A stretch of 63,782 nt of DNA, counting the filler, from Chiloscyllium plagiosum (lineage: Eukaryota): assembly GCF_004010195.1 (NCBI RefSeq). It is 4 parts of one record of this genome, joined end to end, with 100 filler letters (N's around TTAATTAATTAA, not from the genome) between each part and the next. Parts side by side here need not be neighbours in the genome. Positions count along the whole stretch, not along the records: positions 1 to 7,785 come from NC_057711.1; positions 7,886 to 32,619 come from NC_057711.1; 2 more parts are not named here. One strand, 5' to 3'. The translations under genes and the position numbers were made by a program. Each line of letters starts with the position of its first letter. Position 1 is the stretch's first letter. The notes under the pieces are model-generated. The model did not search any database and had not been told where the DNA came from. It saw only the letters and a list, made by a program, of their open reading frames with translations. Positions 1 through 13,840 of the stretch are shown here, in pieces.

Positions 1-36
1 ATTCCTGATGAAGGGCTTTTGCCCGAAACGTCGATT
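1..36 (+). ncRNA. Minimal type-I hammerhead ribozyme motif (Penelope family 1)
   Basis: attc CTGATGA a GGGC tttt GCCC GAA ACGT C gatt: intact core, stem II hairpin, palindromic ACGT stem III and GUC site. Stem I is weak (one mismatch). Confidence 0.65.
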
Positions 37-135
37 TTGCCTGTCCTCGGATGCTGCCTGAATTGCTGTGCTCTTCCAGCACCACTGATCCAGAATCTGG
101 TTTCCAGCATCTGCAGTCATTGTTTTTACCTGCCC
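1..135 (+). mobile_element. Penelope-like terminal (pLTR) fragment, family 1
   Basis: Same sequence follows the GIY-YIG-bearing copies at 36700-36837 and 52585-52717. Confidence 0.75.
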
Positions 136-307
136 AATACAGTGACAAGCATGAAGCTCTGGAATTCTAGATCAAAGATGGCAAATAAAAACCGCTCATC
201 CCTGTCAGACCGATTCTAAGTTTTGAACTGGTGGGAATGTGCCAAAAGAAATTTGCAGCATGTTGGTTGTGGAACAGATTCTTGATGAATACAACAATGT
301 GTTTGCA

Positions 308-435
308 AGGTAAAAACAATGACTGCAGATGCTGAAAACCAGAGTCCAGATTAGAGTGGTGCTGGAAAAGCACAGCAGTTCAGGCAGCATCCAAGGAGCA
401 GGAAAATCGCCATTTCAGGCAAAAGCCCTTCATGC
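308..435 (-). mobile_element. Penelope-like pLTR fragment, family 1 (inverted)
   Basis: Reverse complement of the unit at 1-135. Confidence 0.75.
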
Positions 436-1149
436 ATTTACAAGGTTGGGCTTTTGTCCTTGAGAATGTCTTCTTATGGTAGATAACTGTGTAAGACTAA
501 TTCAGCATCTGCAAGGAGGGTTCCAGCTGCCTTCACGTCCAGCCTAAAAGACAAGACAGAAGTATGAGGAAAGAAAGGAGTAATCAAGACAGTGACATGG
601 TTGCAAAGACATAGCCTGGAAAGTTGAAAGTGCATAATGACCCACCACCAAGCTTTTTGTGACTTTTAAAATAAAAAGGTTATTTCTTATCACACACACC
701 CAGCTTTTAAACTGTGGTGTCTCATTTACTCACCTCCCTAACATGCAAAGATTAAATACAGCTAAAGAAAAGTGATATGCTTCCAACTTATAGTTATCAT
801 TTTCATGGCAGGCCTGCAGTTTCTTGAATGAATGTGGTGCTTTACAATTGAAGTAAAAATCCGCTGAAGCGAAGGTGTCTCAGTCGGAGCTTCTCGTAAT
901 TGAGGTTCCAGAATGTTGATTCTCAGATGAATGTGAAATTGGATTAGATTGAAGGGTGAGGGGTTGCACTAGTGTGTTAGTGCAGAGTGAGAATTCTTCT
1001 CTTCATTTTAAGGTATTGTATTTTACTATCTTGGCTGCTTCGACGGCTTGTGGCCAATTTAGTTGCTCAGTAGGATTTTTCTTTTCAAATGCTTTCTGCT
1101 GGTTTTATCTTATTTCAGGGCAAGTATAAAATGCTCTGTTCCAGATCTA

Positions 1150-1672
1150 ATCAGATTGGTCACACTGGTCTTTTTTAAGCAAAACACACTTTATTCTTAC
1201 CCCCAGTTAAAATACAAATTAAATAAAGAAGAACTGGTGTAACTTTAACTCTATCAGAAAACTTAACAGCATCATAGATTACTTAACTGCTTAACAGCAA
1301 TGGTTCCAATATAGTAACATCCCATAAACACACCCTTGGCAAAGGCAAGTTCGGTAAAATAGATTGCTTCACATGCTATTCTTGCAGCAGAAAGAGAATC
1401 AAAGCTTTTAGCTGTAACAGAGAGATACAGCAGCTTCCACACCCCAGCTTCAAAAACCCCAGCAACTGCTGAAAGCTAAAACCCTGGTTGTGTGGAAGCC
1501 TGACGCTGCCCACTCATGCTGCTTCTATTGTTCCAACTTAAAGAAATACCCCAAGGCCTCAGAAGCTGTTTACATTACTGGCTTAAAACAGATGGCTTGC
1601 CACCATTTTCTCAATCTCTCTTCATTGAAAGGAATGACTAAATATACCTCTTAAAGACATAGTATCATCACA
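1150..1672. mobile_element. Putative solo LTR-like repeat
   Basis: Shares gttcca.ta.agtaacatcccataa...ttggcaaa and flanking blocks with 35320-37170, and ends in ...catcaca. Confidence 0.4.
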
Positions 1673-2399
1673 AAATAAAGAGAAAAAAAGCATGCCTGTG
1701 ATTTATATAAGTAGTCTTTTTTTCAAACATCAGGTGAGGTGTCTGTTGATTCCAGTCATTTCATGATGTTGCTTGCCACATTCGGGGACTGAGACAGCCA
1801 ATTTACCATTATCATTGAGCCTCATACTTACATATGATGGAGGCTATATTTTTTACATCCACAGGGCCCTGTCCTTCGCAAACTGAAAGAGCCTTTATAC
1901 CACTGCACCTTCAACTCAGCAAAACAGCTGACAGACCATTTACTTGTTCATTTCCTCGGGCAATGCCATTTAAAATTTAAACGGAGCCTAGCTGTTAGCT
2001 CTCAATCACAATTAACATATGCATTCTCCATGGCAAAATGTCTACCATCAGAGTTCACAGAGCAACCAGTCAGCATTCTCCCCTCATGCAGGATAAATGT
2101 TCAGTAATTTTCCACTAGATTTGTATTCTTGCAAAATGTCCTGATGAGTGCAAGATACAAAAAAAAATCAAACAGAATGTATTTTTTCCAACAGTATTCA
2201 AGCTCTTGTGCTATGATATGTCTATTGGTTTGCAGTTTTGAAATTGTTTAAGGTAAAGCACTTATTCGCCATCAGTTCGTCACGTCAATTTGTTTCCCTC
2301 TTGAGAGAGGGGATGGTTTCAATCCATAAAAGTAGTCACACGAGCCTTGGACAGCCACCTTTTGCAGCCTTTTGAGAAGTTTTACAAAATGTAAGATGT

Positions 2400-2940
2400 T
2401 GACTGAAAGCTTATATTATTTGGAGCATAATTGCAGGGCTATGATTACAGTTAGAGGGTGCAGAGGAGATTTACCAGGATATTGCCTGGGCTGGAGGCTT
2501 TTACTGATGAAGAGAGTTTGGACAAATTGGGGTTATTTTCCTTGAAGCTGAGGAGACTGAGGGGGAACATGATTGAGATGTAAAAGATTATGAGGGGCTT
2601 AGATAGGGTAGGCAGGAAGGAAGTTTTCCCCTTGGTGGGGAGATCAGTGACCAAGGGGTATAGCTTTAGGGTAGGGGCAAGAGGCTTAGAGGAGATGTGA
2701 GGGAATATCTTTTCACCCAAAGGGTGGTGGGGTTCTGGAACTCACTGCCTGAGAGGGTGGTGGAGGCAGAAACCCCCGTAACATTTAAGACATAAGGTGT
2801 ACACTTGTACCGCAAATACATTCAAGGCTATGGGCCAATTGCTGGAAAATGGGATTAGAATAATTAGGTGGTTGTCTTTAATTGTTGCAGGCTCAGTGGG
2901 CCAAAGGGACTTTTTCTATGCTGTAGATCTCTGTGTCACA
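2400..2940 (+). mobile_element. CR1 LINE 3' fragment
   Basis: Encodes an RVQRRFTRILPGL...GLFSL-like RT C-terminus followed by a CR1-type 3' UTR. Confidence 0.8.
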
Positions 2941-3399
2941 GACTACATTTGCCTTTCAAAGCATTGTGAGTGCTGGATTCCAGTTCCAAAACTGCCAGAA
3001 TGCTGATCTATGCACTCTTTGATATTTTACCAAAAGACTTTGCACTACTATGCATTCCTGTATTATTGTTTAAATGATAGTTCTCCTGTTAATATAAAAG
3101 AATAGTTGCATGTCATAAAATTGAGGCATCACTATTTGCCTTACTGACAAACAGCTGATTATTTGCAAGCCAACGTTCTGTTGAGTGAGTTGTAGTTTTT
3201 AAAAGGTCACTGCTGTGAGCGTGCTCAGATGACCCTTCAAATGGTGATGACTAATGTCTCCTAAAATTGCCAAGCTACTCATGTATTTCACCCATTGGTT
3301 TCTATGAATCAGTTCCACCACAGAAATATGAGCCACCAACTTTATCTTCTTTGCCACTTTTCCAAATGTTCTCCTGGTCTCTCTCAAGGTTCTGACCTC

Positions 3400-3685
3400 A
3401 ATGAGTCATAGAATTTCCAACAGCGTGGAAGAAGGCAATTTGGCCCATCGAGTCCATACCAACCCTCTGAAAAGCATCCCACCCAATCCCTGTAACCCTG
3501 CATTTCCCATGGTCATTCCGCCCAGCCTTCACATCTTTGGACTGTGGGAGGAAACCAGAGCACCAAAAGAAAACCCACCTAGACAGGAGGAGAAGTTGCA
3601 AACTCCACACAGATAGTCACCCAAGAGTAGAATCAATCCTGGATCTATGGTGCAGCGAGACAGCAGTGCTAACCATTGCCCGAAC
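3400..3685 (-). mobile_element. HE1/V-SINE copy
   Basis: Reverse complement of the tRNA head plus V-domain (cacatctttggactgtgggaggaaacc). Confidence 0.75.
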
Positions 3686-6569
3686 CTGTGCTTGAGTATT
3701 GTTATTCTCATATTGTTTTATCACCTTTTGACTTCTGTTCGATTGCTTACTCTTTATGTAGTCCCTGCACAGTTAATACTGCCTGTTTGTCCCACCATTT
3801 TGTCATCTGTCTGACTATTGGCTCATGTTGCAAAGTGTCAAGTGAAGTGTGATAATGCTCTGTTGAAGTGCTTTTGGAAATGTTGTCATGTGAAAGGCAC
3901 TGCATTCAATGCACAATGCTGCTGTTGTCATCATTGCCATTTTTGTAAATTCCCCAGCCCCACCATCCACTTAGCTATTCGTCATTCTCTCATTCTGACA
4001 TCTTGAGCATCTCTGATTTTAATTGCTTCAACATAGCTGGTGTGATTTGAGGTGTAAAGCTCTAAACTCTGGAAAATCCTCCACTCACGTCTCCACCTTT
4101 CTGGCTCTTCACCCCTTTAAGACGTAGCTTGGAGCCAAGCATTTTGGGCAGCTGCCCTATTTCTCCTGGTATGCTTCTGTGTCCAATTTAGCTTAATGGC
4201 ATTCCTCTGAAGGGCTTCAGGCTGTTTTATTTAAACACAAAGATATGATTTCAACATGGGGAGACCACACACACATGCATAAGATGTACACGCACACACC
4301 TACACACACGTATGCATACACACACACACATATATATATCCTTACATGAACACCAAGTTTTTCAACTAGCTGCTCTTGAATATCCAACTAACAGAACACA
4401 CACAGCAGCATGTGGCATTTCTTCCAACTATGCCATGAGCAACATTAGTTTTACCTTAAAATGGTTTGTGCTGATGTGATTGTGTGGTCTGTTTGTTTAA
4501 TGTGATAGTTTTCCAATACTGTTTGAAGATGAAAGTAATATCACAGTGTAAGACAAAGAGAATGACTGACTGATTTTATGACCCAACATCTGAAGTGTAT
4601 TGGATTTTTGGTGTAGGAACCTCGAGGTAAATTGGATCACACCACCACATTTACTAGGCTACTTTGAAGCTGAATTGTAGGCCATCCCCCCATAACAGAG
4701 TTAAAGACGGAAATAGACACTATGATAGCCCACTTAAGCTTTGCCATTCATGTTTTTGACATTACTCGATTGTCTTAATGCTTACCACGAACACCATATC
4801 GAATTGCAGAGTGGAATAGTCAACGACAGCGACCAAAAAGTACTTCATACGTGAACATTTTAAAAGCAGTATGCCACTTTAAATATGATATATTGGTTGT
4901 TATTGTTTTAGGATTTATACTTTTACACAGTTTTGTCCTGCTTGTTCAGAAGCTGAAGGGTCGTTGTTGCCTAATGACCATCATGTCTTGGAGAGTAGGA
5001 TCATCAAATTGCTATGTCAATCCTTTCCATATGTTACAGCAAGTTTTCCCTTAATGATGCAGTGAGCTTAAATACCACTCCTAGCTGGAAAATGACATTA
5101 ATCAACATAATGTACCAGCCACTATCTCCCCCGGACCTCCTGATAAAAATGATTTACAGTAATTACATGTCACTGCCAAGAATCTTCAGTTGGCAAGCAT
5201 GACTCTTCAATTCAGCTGCATTTACAGAGTTATATGTGGAGTGTTGTTTACACAGGTCCTCACAAAGTCTCGTTCACAACACTACCAGCACCTATGAGTG
5301 TCTTTAAATGTTGCAGATGCTATATAAATGCAATTTGTTGTTGATTGTCATTTAGGAGTTTGAAGCAAAATGTCAGCGATCACTGGTTTGGCCTGTCTCG
5401 GTTCATGCTTTGCTTTGTTGCACAGATTTCTTTGCTCCTCTTCCAGGAACGGCTCTGGCTGTCATACATCATGCTGAATATTTGAAAGCTGCATCTCTGT
5501 GAAAAATTGTCCCCTGCTTTGTCCCACCCCAAAAACCTCTATTCCCCAACCCCTATCATCAAGAAAAGACAGGGATGGAAGCTTCAGCAACTTAAGCATT
5601 GGCCATACTCAGTTTGTCACTGCTTTGGTTAACGGGTAATGCAGATTTATCGATACAATTGATAAAACAATCTCACTCACTAACTGAAGAGATTCAAAGC
5701 CAAGTGAGCTACACATATTCATTCCTTGAGGGGGAGTAAGACAGTGCACAGGCTATGTTATACGTAATGCTTAATATCCTTCTTAAAGGAAATGATGTTT
5801 CTTGGCAATTCTTAAGGCTTCAATACTACATAAATTCACTTTCACTTTTGTTTCTATCCACTTGTCTCCTGAGGGCAATGACTCATGCTCGCAGCAGACC
5901 ACAAACTCTTCTGAGGAACCATCTCATGGGACCACTTGACTGTGGAATGCTTACAAGCTAAACAAGTTGAATCCGCTATAGAGTCATAGATGTCCATGAT
6001 GGTCATCAAGTAATTATCTACTGCAGACCCATTTTGTCACATTATACAACGGTGTGCTCAAAGTGATCATCTGAATGTTTCTTATATGTTGCAATGGCTC
6101 CTGCCTCTACCACCCTTTGAGCAGTGAGTTTCACATACCCCACCACCCTGCGGGTAAAGAAATTCTTCCTCAAATCCCCTCTGAACTCCTGCCCCGTCCT
6201 GAAATCTATGTTCGCAAGTTAGGCAAGAGTTATCCCTGACGTATGTTAAGACTAATGTTCATTTACAAAGAATGCCTTTAAGTAGCATTGATTAATGTTG
6301 CACTTATTGTCATGCAGGACGCTCGGTAGGTAAATAATGCACAGTAAGTTCCAACTAACAGAATGTGATGGTAACGAGTGAACCTGATGTCCACATGCAT
6401 GTACCTTTCAGCAGAGGTCACCAGGGCGGTAGACTATCTTATGGCTGCCTCAGTGCCAGGCCAAAATATTGAGGCTCGAGATGTGAAGGATTTAGGGGTT
6501 TTGGTAAGGTCCTATGGAATGTTGCTTAACAAAGAGATCTTGGAGCGCTGGTTCATAGTTTCTTTTAAA

Positions 6570-7232
6570 GTACATTTGCAAGTAGACAGGATTGTGAAGA
6601 AGGCGTTTGGTATGCTTTCCTTTGGTGGTCAGAGCATTGAGTACAGGAGTTGGGAGGTCATGTTGTGGCTGTACAGGACATTGGTTAGGCCACTTTTGGA
6701 ATATTGTGTGCAATTCTGGTCTCCCTCCTATCGGAAGGATGGTGCGAAGTTTGAAAGGGTTTTGAAAAGATTTACAAAGATTTTGTTGCCAGGGTTGGAG
6801 AATTTGAGCTATAGGGAGAGGATGAATAGGCTGTTTTCCCTAGGGCATCGAAGGCTCAGTGGTGACCTCATAGAGGTTTATAAAATCATGAGGGGCATGG
6901 ATAGGATAAAAGGTGAAGTCTTTTTCCTGGGGTGGGAGAGTCCAGAACTAGAGGGCATAGGTTAGAGTGAGGGGGAAAGATATAAAAGGGATCTAACGGG
7001 CTACTTTTTCACGCAGAGGGTGGTGAATGGAATGAGCTGCCAGAGGACGTGGTGGAGGCTGGTACAATTGCAACATTTAAAAGGCATCTGGATGGGTATA
7101 TGAAAAGCAAGGGTTCAGAGGGATATGGGCCAAGTGCTGGCAAATGGGACTAGATTATGTTAGGATATCTGGCCGGCATGGACGGGTTGGACCGAAGGAT
7201 CTGTTTCCCTGCTGTACATCTCTGTGACTCTT
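6570..7232 (+). mobile_element. CR1 LINE 3' fragment
   Basis: The 3' part of ORF 6378-6965 (LYRTLVRPLLEYCVQFWSP...GDLIEVYKIMRG) is the CR1 RT C-terminus. Confidence 0.9.
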
Positions 7233-7487
7233 TAACTCTAGGTCAGGAACAGGCTTGGGGGTGGGGAGGGTCAGTTGGCAAGTAAGCCTGGTCAGATCTG
7301 AGGAATTTGGATGGGTCCTATACCTCTCTCCCAATTCCCATTCACCACACCCACCACCCCTTTCCCCAAACCAAGAACTGTCTCCCACTTCAGGCTTCAT
7401 CCAATAGATCTCTCCCTCAAGGACCCCAGCACCTCTCGTCATATCCACTTCCCCATTTTGTCCCTTCATGACATCCCCTGTATTTAT

Positions 7488-8092
7488 GGAGAAAGTGAGG
7501 TCTGCAGATGCTGGAGATCAGAGCTGAAAATGTGTTGCTGGAATAGCGCAGCAGGTCAGGCAGCATCCAGGGAACAGGAGAATCGACGTTTCGGGCATAA
7601 GCCCTTCTTCAGGAATGAGGAAAGTTTGTCCAGCAGGCTAAGATAAAAGGTAGGGAGGAGGGACTTGGGGGAGGGGCGTCGGAAATGTGATAGGTGGAAA
7701 GAGGTCAAGGTGAGGGTGATAGGTCAGACTGGGGTGGGGGCAGAGAGGTCAGGAAGAAGATTGCAGGTTAGGAAGGCAGTGCTGANNNNNNNNNNNNNNN
7801 NNNNNNNNNNNNNNNNNNNNNNNNNNNNNTTAATTAATTAANNNNNNNNNNNNNNNNNNNNNNNNNNNNNNNNNNNNNNNNNNNNCCCCCACCCCCGTCT
7901 GACCTATCACCCTCACCTTGACCTCTTTCCACCTATCACATTTCCGACGCCCCTCCCCCAAGTCCCTCCTCCCTACCTTTTATCTTAGCCTGCTGGACAA
8001 ACTTTCCTCATTCCTGAAGAAGTGCTTATGCCCGAAACGTCGATTCTCCTGTTCCCTGGATGCTGCCTGACCTGCTGCGCTATTCCAGCAAC
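7488..8092. mobile_element. Penelope-like insertion with inverted pLTRs around an assembly gap
   Basis: 7540-7740 and 7886-8092 are near-perfect inverted copies, flanked by the duplication acatcccctgtatttat (7471-7487 and 8093-8109). Hammerhead motifs at 7581-7616 (-) and 8010-8045 (+). Confidence 0.8.
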
Positions 8093-9295
8093 ACATCCCC
8101 TGTATTTATCTCCACCTTGGCTTTGGCACCCAGCCTCCTATGCCTGCTTGTGTTTCCAGTGATGATCGCTGCTCCTGGTGGCCATTGCTGAGACCACAGA
8201 GCTGCTGAGCAAAACATCCCTCCGCTGCTCTCCTCCTGAGTGAGGTTGGTGTGGCTGTACTGCATCCTGCCCACTGATGATCTGTGTTAAAGGCCTGATT
8301 CAGTTGGAATGTGCATGACCCTGCCACAAAACAATATTCACATTAATATTTTTTTCACCAAAATTGGACTGCTAGAGACAAGCCACACACTCCCCTCACC
8401 ATATTCAAGTTCCTCTTTCACCATCATCCAGCCCTTTGTTGTGCATTAGTAGCACAGGCCTGTCTGTAGGATCTGCATGTATAGTATGGTGGCAGTGCGG
8501 GGAAGTACAGGGGGAATTTGAATAGGAAATTCATATTTTGTACACTTTCAACCATTTATTCACGAGAGATCATAGAGCATAAGTGAGTTTACAATGTGAC
8601 CTGAAAGAATGTGATTTCATTTTAACTCCTCAATTGTGGAGCAAAGATTGCTGTTTGTTGATTTATTATTCCCAGATTTGTCTCTTGCACTGTGGAAGAA
8701 TTGGTGATGAGAACTTTACTTCACAGAGAAAATAGCTGAAAACTCATCTTACTGAACAGTTGGTTTATAAGGCTTCACAACTTGATAACTCTCAAATGCT
8801 TCCTGCTTTCTGTATCAGCACTTACTGAGTAACATAAGAAATAGGAGCAGGAGTAGGCCTCATGAACCAGCATCGGGAATCAGTAAGAGTCTAGCTGATA
8901 TCCTACCTCAGTTATACTTTGCTGCATACTACCCAAGACCATTTGATGTACTTTAGTGTCCAAATATCTGTCAATCTCCGACTTTAATGTACACAATGAC
9001 CGAGCATCCACTGATCTCTCCAGTTGAGAAATGAAGGAAGTCACAACCCTTTAAGCACAGATATTTCTCCTCCAGGTCCTATGTTTCTGACCCTAATTTT
9101 ATTTCTTTTTAATAAGTCCTATGTTAAAGGGGATGTGTTTGCAGTTATGTGTCTCTGTGTAGCAGTCTTAGTCCATCAGTTTTGCATGTGATATATTGAA
9201 CCTTCACTATTGACTGTTGGCATTAGTTGAGTGAATGATATTGGTCAGAATGCCTTTGGTTCTCTCAAATAGCACCATGGGAACTTTTAAATTCA

Positions 9296-9482
9296 TCGAG
9301 GAGAAAGTGAGGGCTGCAGATGCTGGAGATCAGAGCTGAAAATGTGTTGCTGGAAAAGCGCAGCAGGTCAGGCAGCATCCAGGGAACAGGAGAATCGAAG
9401 AAGGGCTTATGCCCGAAACATCGATTCTCCTGTTCCTTGGATGCTGCCTGACCTGCTGCGCTTTTCCAGCAACACATTTTCG
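9296..9482. mobile_element. Fold-back Penelope pLTR insertion inside a decayed Deu-SINE
   Basis: Inverted arms and TSD acttttaaattca (9283-9295 and 9483-9495). Flanks resemble a minus-strand Deu domain (aaatagcaccatggga..). Confidence 0.75.
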
Positions 9483-9879
9483 ACTTTTAAATTCAGTTGA
9501 ACAAAGAGATGGGCTGTAGTTAATTCAAAAGATGCTCCCTACTTCCATACAAGTTCTTTCATTGTTTATTTGCTGCACTGGTACAGGCCAGCTGATGTGT
9601 CTGCCTCGATCATGTGTTTAATGGCTGCAACTATTAATCTCTCAGCATACAATATAGCAATTGATCTTGGGTTCTGGCAAAAATAGCAGATGTTACAGAC
9701 GTGAATTCTGGTAACACTGTAGACAGAGGTGACAGCTGATACACTCACAACACCCTGTGCTCTTTTGAAGTTGTCTTCGTGTGACCAAATCTCGGCGATC
9801 AGTTTGCCACCCTTCCACTCCCGGCCAGAATCAACGACAGCCCTGACAAATAGGGTGACCATGAAATCAGAATTGGTTT

Positions 9880-10090
9880 TTGTGAAAGCCTCTCTGGTTC
9901 ACCTGTGTCCTTTAAGGGAGGAAATCTGGCAGCCTTACCTGACCTGCTCTACATGTGACTCCAGACCCACAGTAATCTGGGACACTCTGAACTCTCCTCC
10001 GAGCGAGCCATTCAGTTCCAGAGCAATTCAGGATGGACAACAAGTGATGGCCTTGCAATTAAAATATCACTCTCTCCCAATTCCTTGAAA
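9880..10090 (+). mobile_element. SINE-like repeat; related copies at about 14210-14420 and 28990-29320
   Basis: Recurrent block ctggttcac..ggaaatctgc..cctt..gactccagacccacag..gatgggcaacaaatgctgg. Confidence 0.6.
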
Positions 10091-11559
10091 TGATGATAAG
10101 GAAAAAAATTGTTTTTAGTTTCAGTGCCAAATGAAAACTTATCTGTGAATATTTCAGTCCTCCAGATTGCAGTTCACCAGCTCCCTGATAAATGTTTTCA
10201 ATGGATGTTTCTCGAAGCATAGCCAAGGAGATTAATCTTCAATCCCTGGAGACTCCACGCTCATTCCTGAAGGGTCGGTAACCCACGTTCCTTCTCCTGT
10301 TTCCTTCTGCATGGACCTCCGAAGTCCCTACGTGGCAATTCTGCCTGACAGTGGAAGGCAGGCATGGATTCTCAGAGCGACTGCACAGCTCCCAGGGACC
10401 TTTGTTGGTAATACTGTATAGAGCTGTGGGTGTTCACTTATAGAGTCATGCAGCACAGAAACAGACCCTTCGGTCCAAGCTGAATCTGCCCTGGTCCCAT
10501 TTGCCACCTTTTGGCCTGTATCTCTTGAAGCCCTTCATCTTCATATACCCATCCAGATGCTTTTAAAATGTTGTATTTGTGCCCATCTTCACCACTTCCT
10601 CTAACAGGAAGTTTGTTCTATATACGCAACACCCTTTGCATGAAAAAGTTACCCCTCAGGTTCTTTTTAAATCTTTCCCCTCTCAGCCTAAAGGTATTAT
10701 TGCTTCAAAGTCTCCTTTTTTCATGATTCCTTGCAGAAATTATGATATGATATCTGGTGCCACTTGACTTAATTTGATGGTTCATGTTTTGAATAATGTT
10801 TTCCTTTCTCTTTTGGTAATTTTTGTCATTATTAGTAACATAAGCAAGTCTGCAAAGGAGCTTGTCATTAATAATGTAAGAATATAGTAAGCAGCCCATT
10901 AGTACAAAGACTTATTGTCTAATTTGTAATGTGACCCTTTCTGCCAGGATTTTTCTTTTAATTTTCCCTGCACTCCATTCAGTTGAGCTAATTTTTATTC
11001 CCGTCTGTGTAATTGTCCCTCCCGCAATTTTTATGAGCCATTGCCTTGTTGGGGCTGGGGTGTCAAAATGTCTCACATTGAGAATAAAACCAAGAATTGT
11101 GGATGCTGGAGAAGCTCAGCGGGTCTGGCAGCATTTGAGGAGAGAAAAAAAAGTTAATGTTTTGATTGCAGTGTGCTGAGTTGTTTTCAAGTGGCTGGAA
11201 GTCATAGTAACAGAAATAAAAATATTAGAAAATGGTAAGATTGCTTCTGACAGCGTTTGTAAAATGCAGCTGACAGTGTAGAACCGAGACAATTTCTCAG
11301 TAACTCAGTCTTGACAGAGGATCACTAAACTGGGAATGGAGACATTGCAGGAGAGTATCATTTCAACAGGCCCAAAACTTTATTGCACTTTGAAACACTT
11401 ATGGACCGAATTTTAGTTTCCCGTGTCAGTGAGTTTGAGGGGAGTACTGGTTCCTGTAAAGTCCAAAAGGCATTGTGCCTACTTGCCTGCCCTTCTTTGG
11501 GACTATTGAAACCTTGAAATGGGTAATTAATTCTGCCACTGGGTATTTGAGCCAAGAGT

Positions 11560-12050
11560 TGAAAACCCTTGCAATGCCTGAACTTTAGCAATTGGAATAA
11601 AGGTGGGACCTTGCTGGTCGATTGGGTCCATTCACCAACCCTGACAATCATTCGGTCCATTCTCTAGGTCATCCACCTCTTTCAACCATTCCTCCTTGCC
11701 TCTGGAATCCGGCTATCTACCCTCACATCACCTTTTTTGTAAACAGACATGGGCAATCATGTCTTCCACAATGTAACTGTCTCAAAGGCAGAGCCTCTGA
11801 GACATTAGATGTGCAGGACCTTTCTTGCCATCCTATGTATATGCCTTGGTGCTTGTATGAAAGTTCTGGAGATGAGACATTTTGTCAAGTGACTTTGGCA
11901 ATCTTCAGGAAACCAGCTGGCAGGATCTATCTTTTCCTACAGGGCCATGCAGCTGTTATGCTGACAGGTTTTTGGCCCAGGGTGCTCTACATCAAGACCT
12001 CCATGAGGGATGGTTGAGATAGCATGGTCCAGCTGGCTAGAGCATTCCTT
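11560..12050 (-). mobile_element. Decayed Tx1/L1-like LINE ORF2 C-terminal (zf-RVT-like) fragment
   Basis: The minus strand near 11850-11900 reads KVT*QNVSSPELSYKHQ, resembling the Tx1-type W.NASSPELSNKHQD motif. Frame is disrupted. Confidence 0.5.
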
Positions 12051-12254
12051 TACAGAGTGGCAGACCCGTCCTTTGTAACAGGTAAAAAGGGCTTTTGCCC
12101 GAACGTCGATTTCGAAGCTCCTTGGATGCTGCCTGAACTGCTGTGCTCTTCCAGCACCACTAATCCAAATCTGTCCTTTGTAATGTCGAGCACAGAGAGA
12201 ATCTCACACCAAGAGTCCGCACAATACCTGATGCAGCTACACTCAAAAGACTAT

Positions 12255-12705
12255 AAGACTGGAAGATATAGGAGCAAAATTAGACCCTTCAGCCCATCAA
12301 ATCTGCTCCATCATTTGATCATGGCTGATATGTTTCTCAACTGCATTCTCCCCATAACCTTTAATCCCTTCACAAGTCAAGAACCTAGCTATCTCAGTTT
12401 TAAATACGCTCAGTGACTTTGGCCTCCACAGCCCTCTGTGGCAATAGATTCTATGGATTTAGCACCCTCTGGCTGAAAAACCTCCTCCTCATCTCAGTTC
12501 AAAAGGGTTGTTCCTTCACTCTGAGTCTGTGTCTTCAGATCATAATCTCTCCTGCTAGTGCAAACATCTTTTCCACGTCCACTCTGTCCAGGCCTCTCAG
12601 TATTCTGTAAGTTTCAGTGAGATCCCCCTCATCGAGTACAGACCCAGCGTCATCAGCCACTCCTCATTTGACAAATCCTCCCTCCCTGGGATCATTCTTG
12701 TTAAC
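12255..12705 (-). mobile_element. CR1 LINE 3' fragment
   Basis: Reverse-strand CR1 3' UTR and RT tail (gaagatataggagcaaaattagacccttcagccc.. ctccacagccctctgtggcaatag). Confidence 0.7.
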
Positions 12706-13519
12706 AAAGTGGCCATCAGGATAACAGCTATATCGTGTGTGTCCTTCTCCCTCTGACCTGGAGCTTGTTCCACCCACTTGATTCTCAGTCTTCAAAGTGG
12801 AAGGGGGTCTGAGTCATCGCCATGACACAGGAGAGAGAAATGGGCCAGAGCTGCAACCCCCAGGGTGCCAATACCTGATCATCAGGTTCCTACCACACAC
12901 TCAGTTCACATATTACCATGGCTACTGACTGCTTCCAGTTTTTAGTACACGCTTTAGTTCCTCTGAACTAAATCCCAATACCTTTAGGTTGTCCGATCTG
13001 AAGGAGAAAGGGACAAAGAATTGATTGGTCCAGTTCCCAAAGAACCTGACCTTGTTCTTGCCAAGATCGACTTTGACTCCTGAGGCCAGTTCTAATTAGT
13101 CACTGACAAGAGAAGGAGGTGAATTAAGTCATTTTTTTACTGTTCTACTCTTGCAGCAGTAACTAAGGAAGTTTTTATTATCATATTTTCCTTTTCTCTT
13201 TTAAAGATGGGCAGCTGTGTGATTTTTTCCAAACCCTATTTGTGATTTCATAAGGTTTAAACCAATGTAAGGTTTATTCATAAATTTAATAACACACAAA
13301 CACACACGCACACACATCACCATACACATACATGAATAATGTCAGTAAAAGAAAAGTGGGACAAGTTAAAAATTACCTAAAATTAAAGATATTGATGTTA
13401 GTTCATGTGAATTACTGAGTTTAGAAAAATGAGCGGTGACCTTATTGAACTATGTAAGATTCTTAGGGAACTTTACAGAACAAAGGCTGAGATGTTAATT
13501 CCTCCTACAACCAAAAGAT

Positions 13520-13840
13520 CCCTGCAATGTAGAAGGAGTCCAATTGGCCCATTGAGTCCATACTGACCCTCTGAAGAGCACCCCACTTACACCCACCTCC
13601 CTAACCCATCTGTGTCCACCTTTCCTGAATATCCCAAGACATTGTGGGCAAATTAGTATGGCCAATCCACCTAACCTGCACATCATTGGACTGTGAAAGG
13701 AAACCAGAGTATCTTGTAAAAACCCGCACAAACACCGGAAGAATGTGCTAACTCCACAGAGACAGTCGCCCGAGAGTGGAATCGGACCCACGTCCTTGTG
13801 CTGTGAGGCAATAGTGCTAACCACTGAGCTACCATGCTGA
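13520..13840 (-). mobile_element. HE1/V-SINE nested in a CR1 fragment (about 13425-14010, +)
   Basis: V-domain and tRNA head on the minus strand interrupt a gagcggtgaccttattgaa..cataatctcagaataaggg CR1 tail. Confidence 0.7.

Noticed and set aside
4500..5600. Possible exons of upstream neighbours (claudin or WWC family) in repeat-poor DNA
   Set aside because: Splice-like sites exist, but none of the translations I tried resembled a recognisable protein.
7786..7885. TTAATTAATTAA palindrome recurring three times (also 32664-32675 and 59607-59618)
   Set aside because: Always centred in 100-base N runs; it is an artificial all-frame-stop contig spacer.
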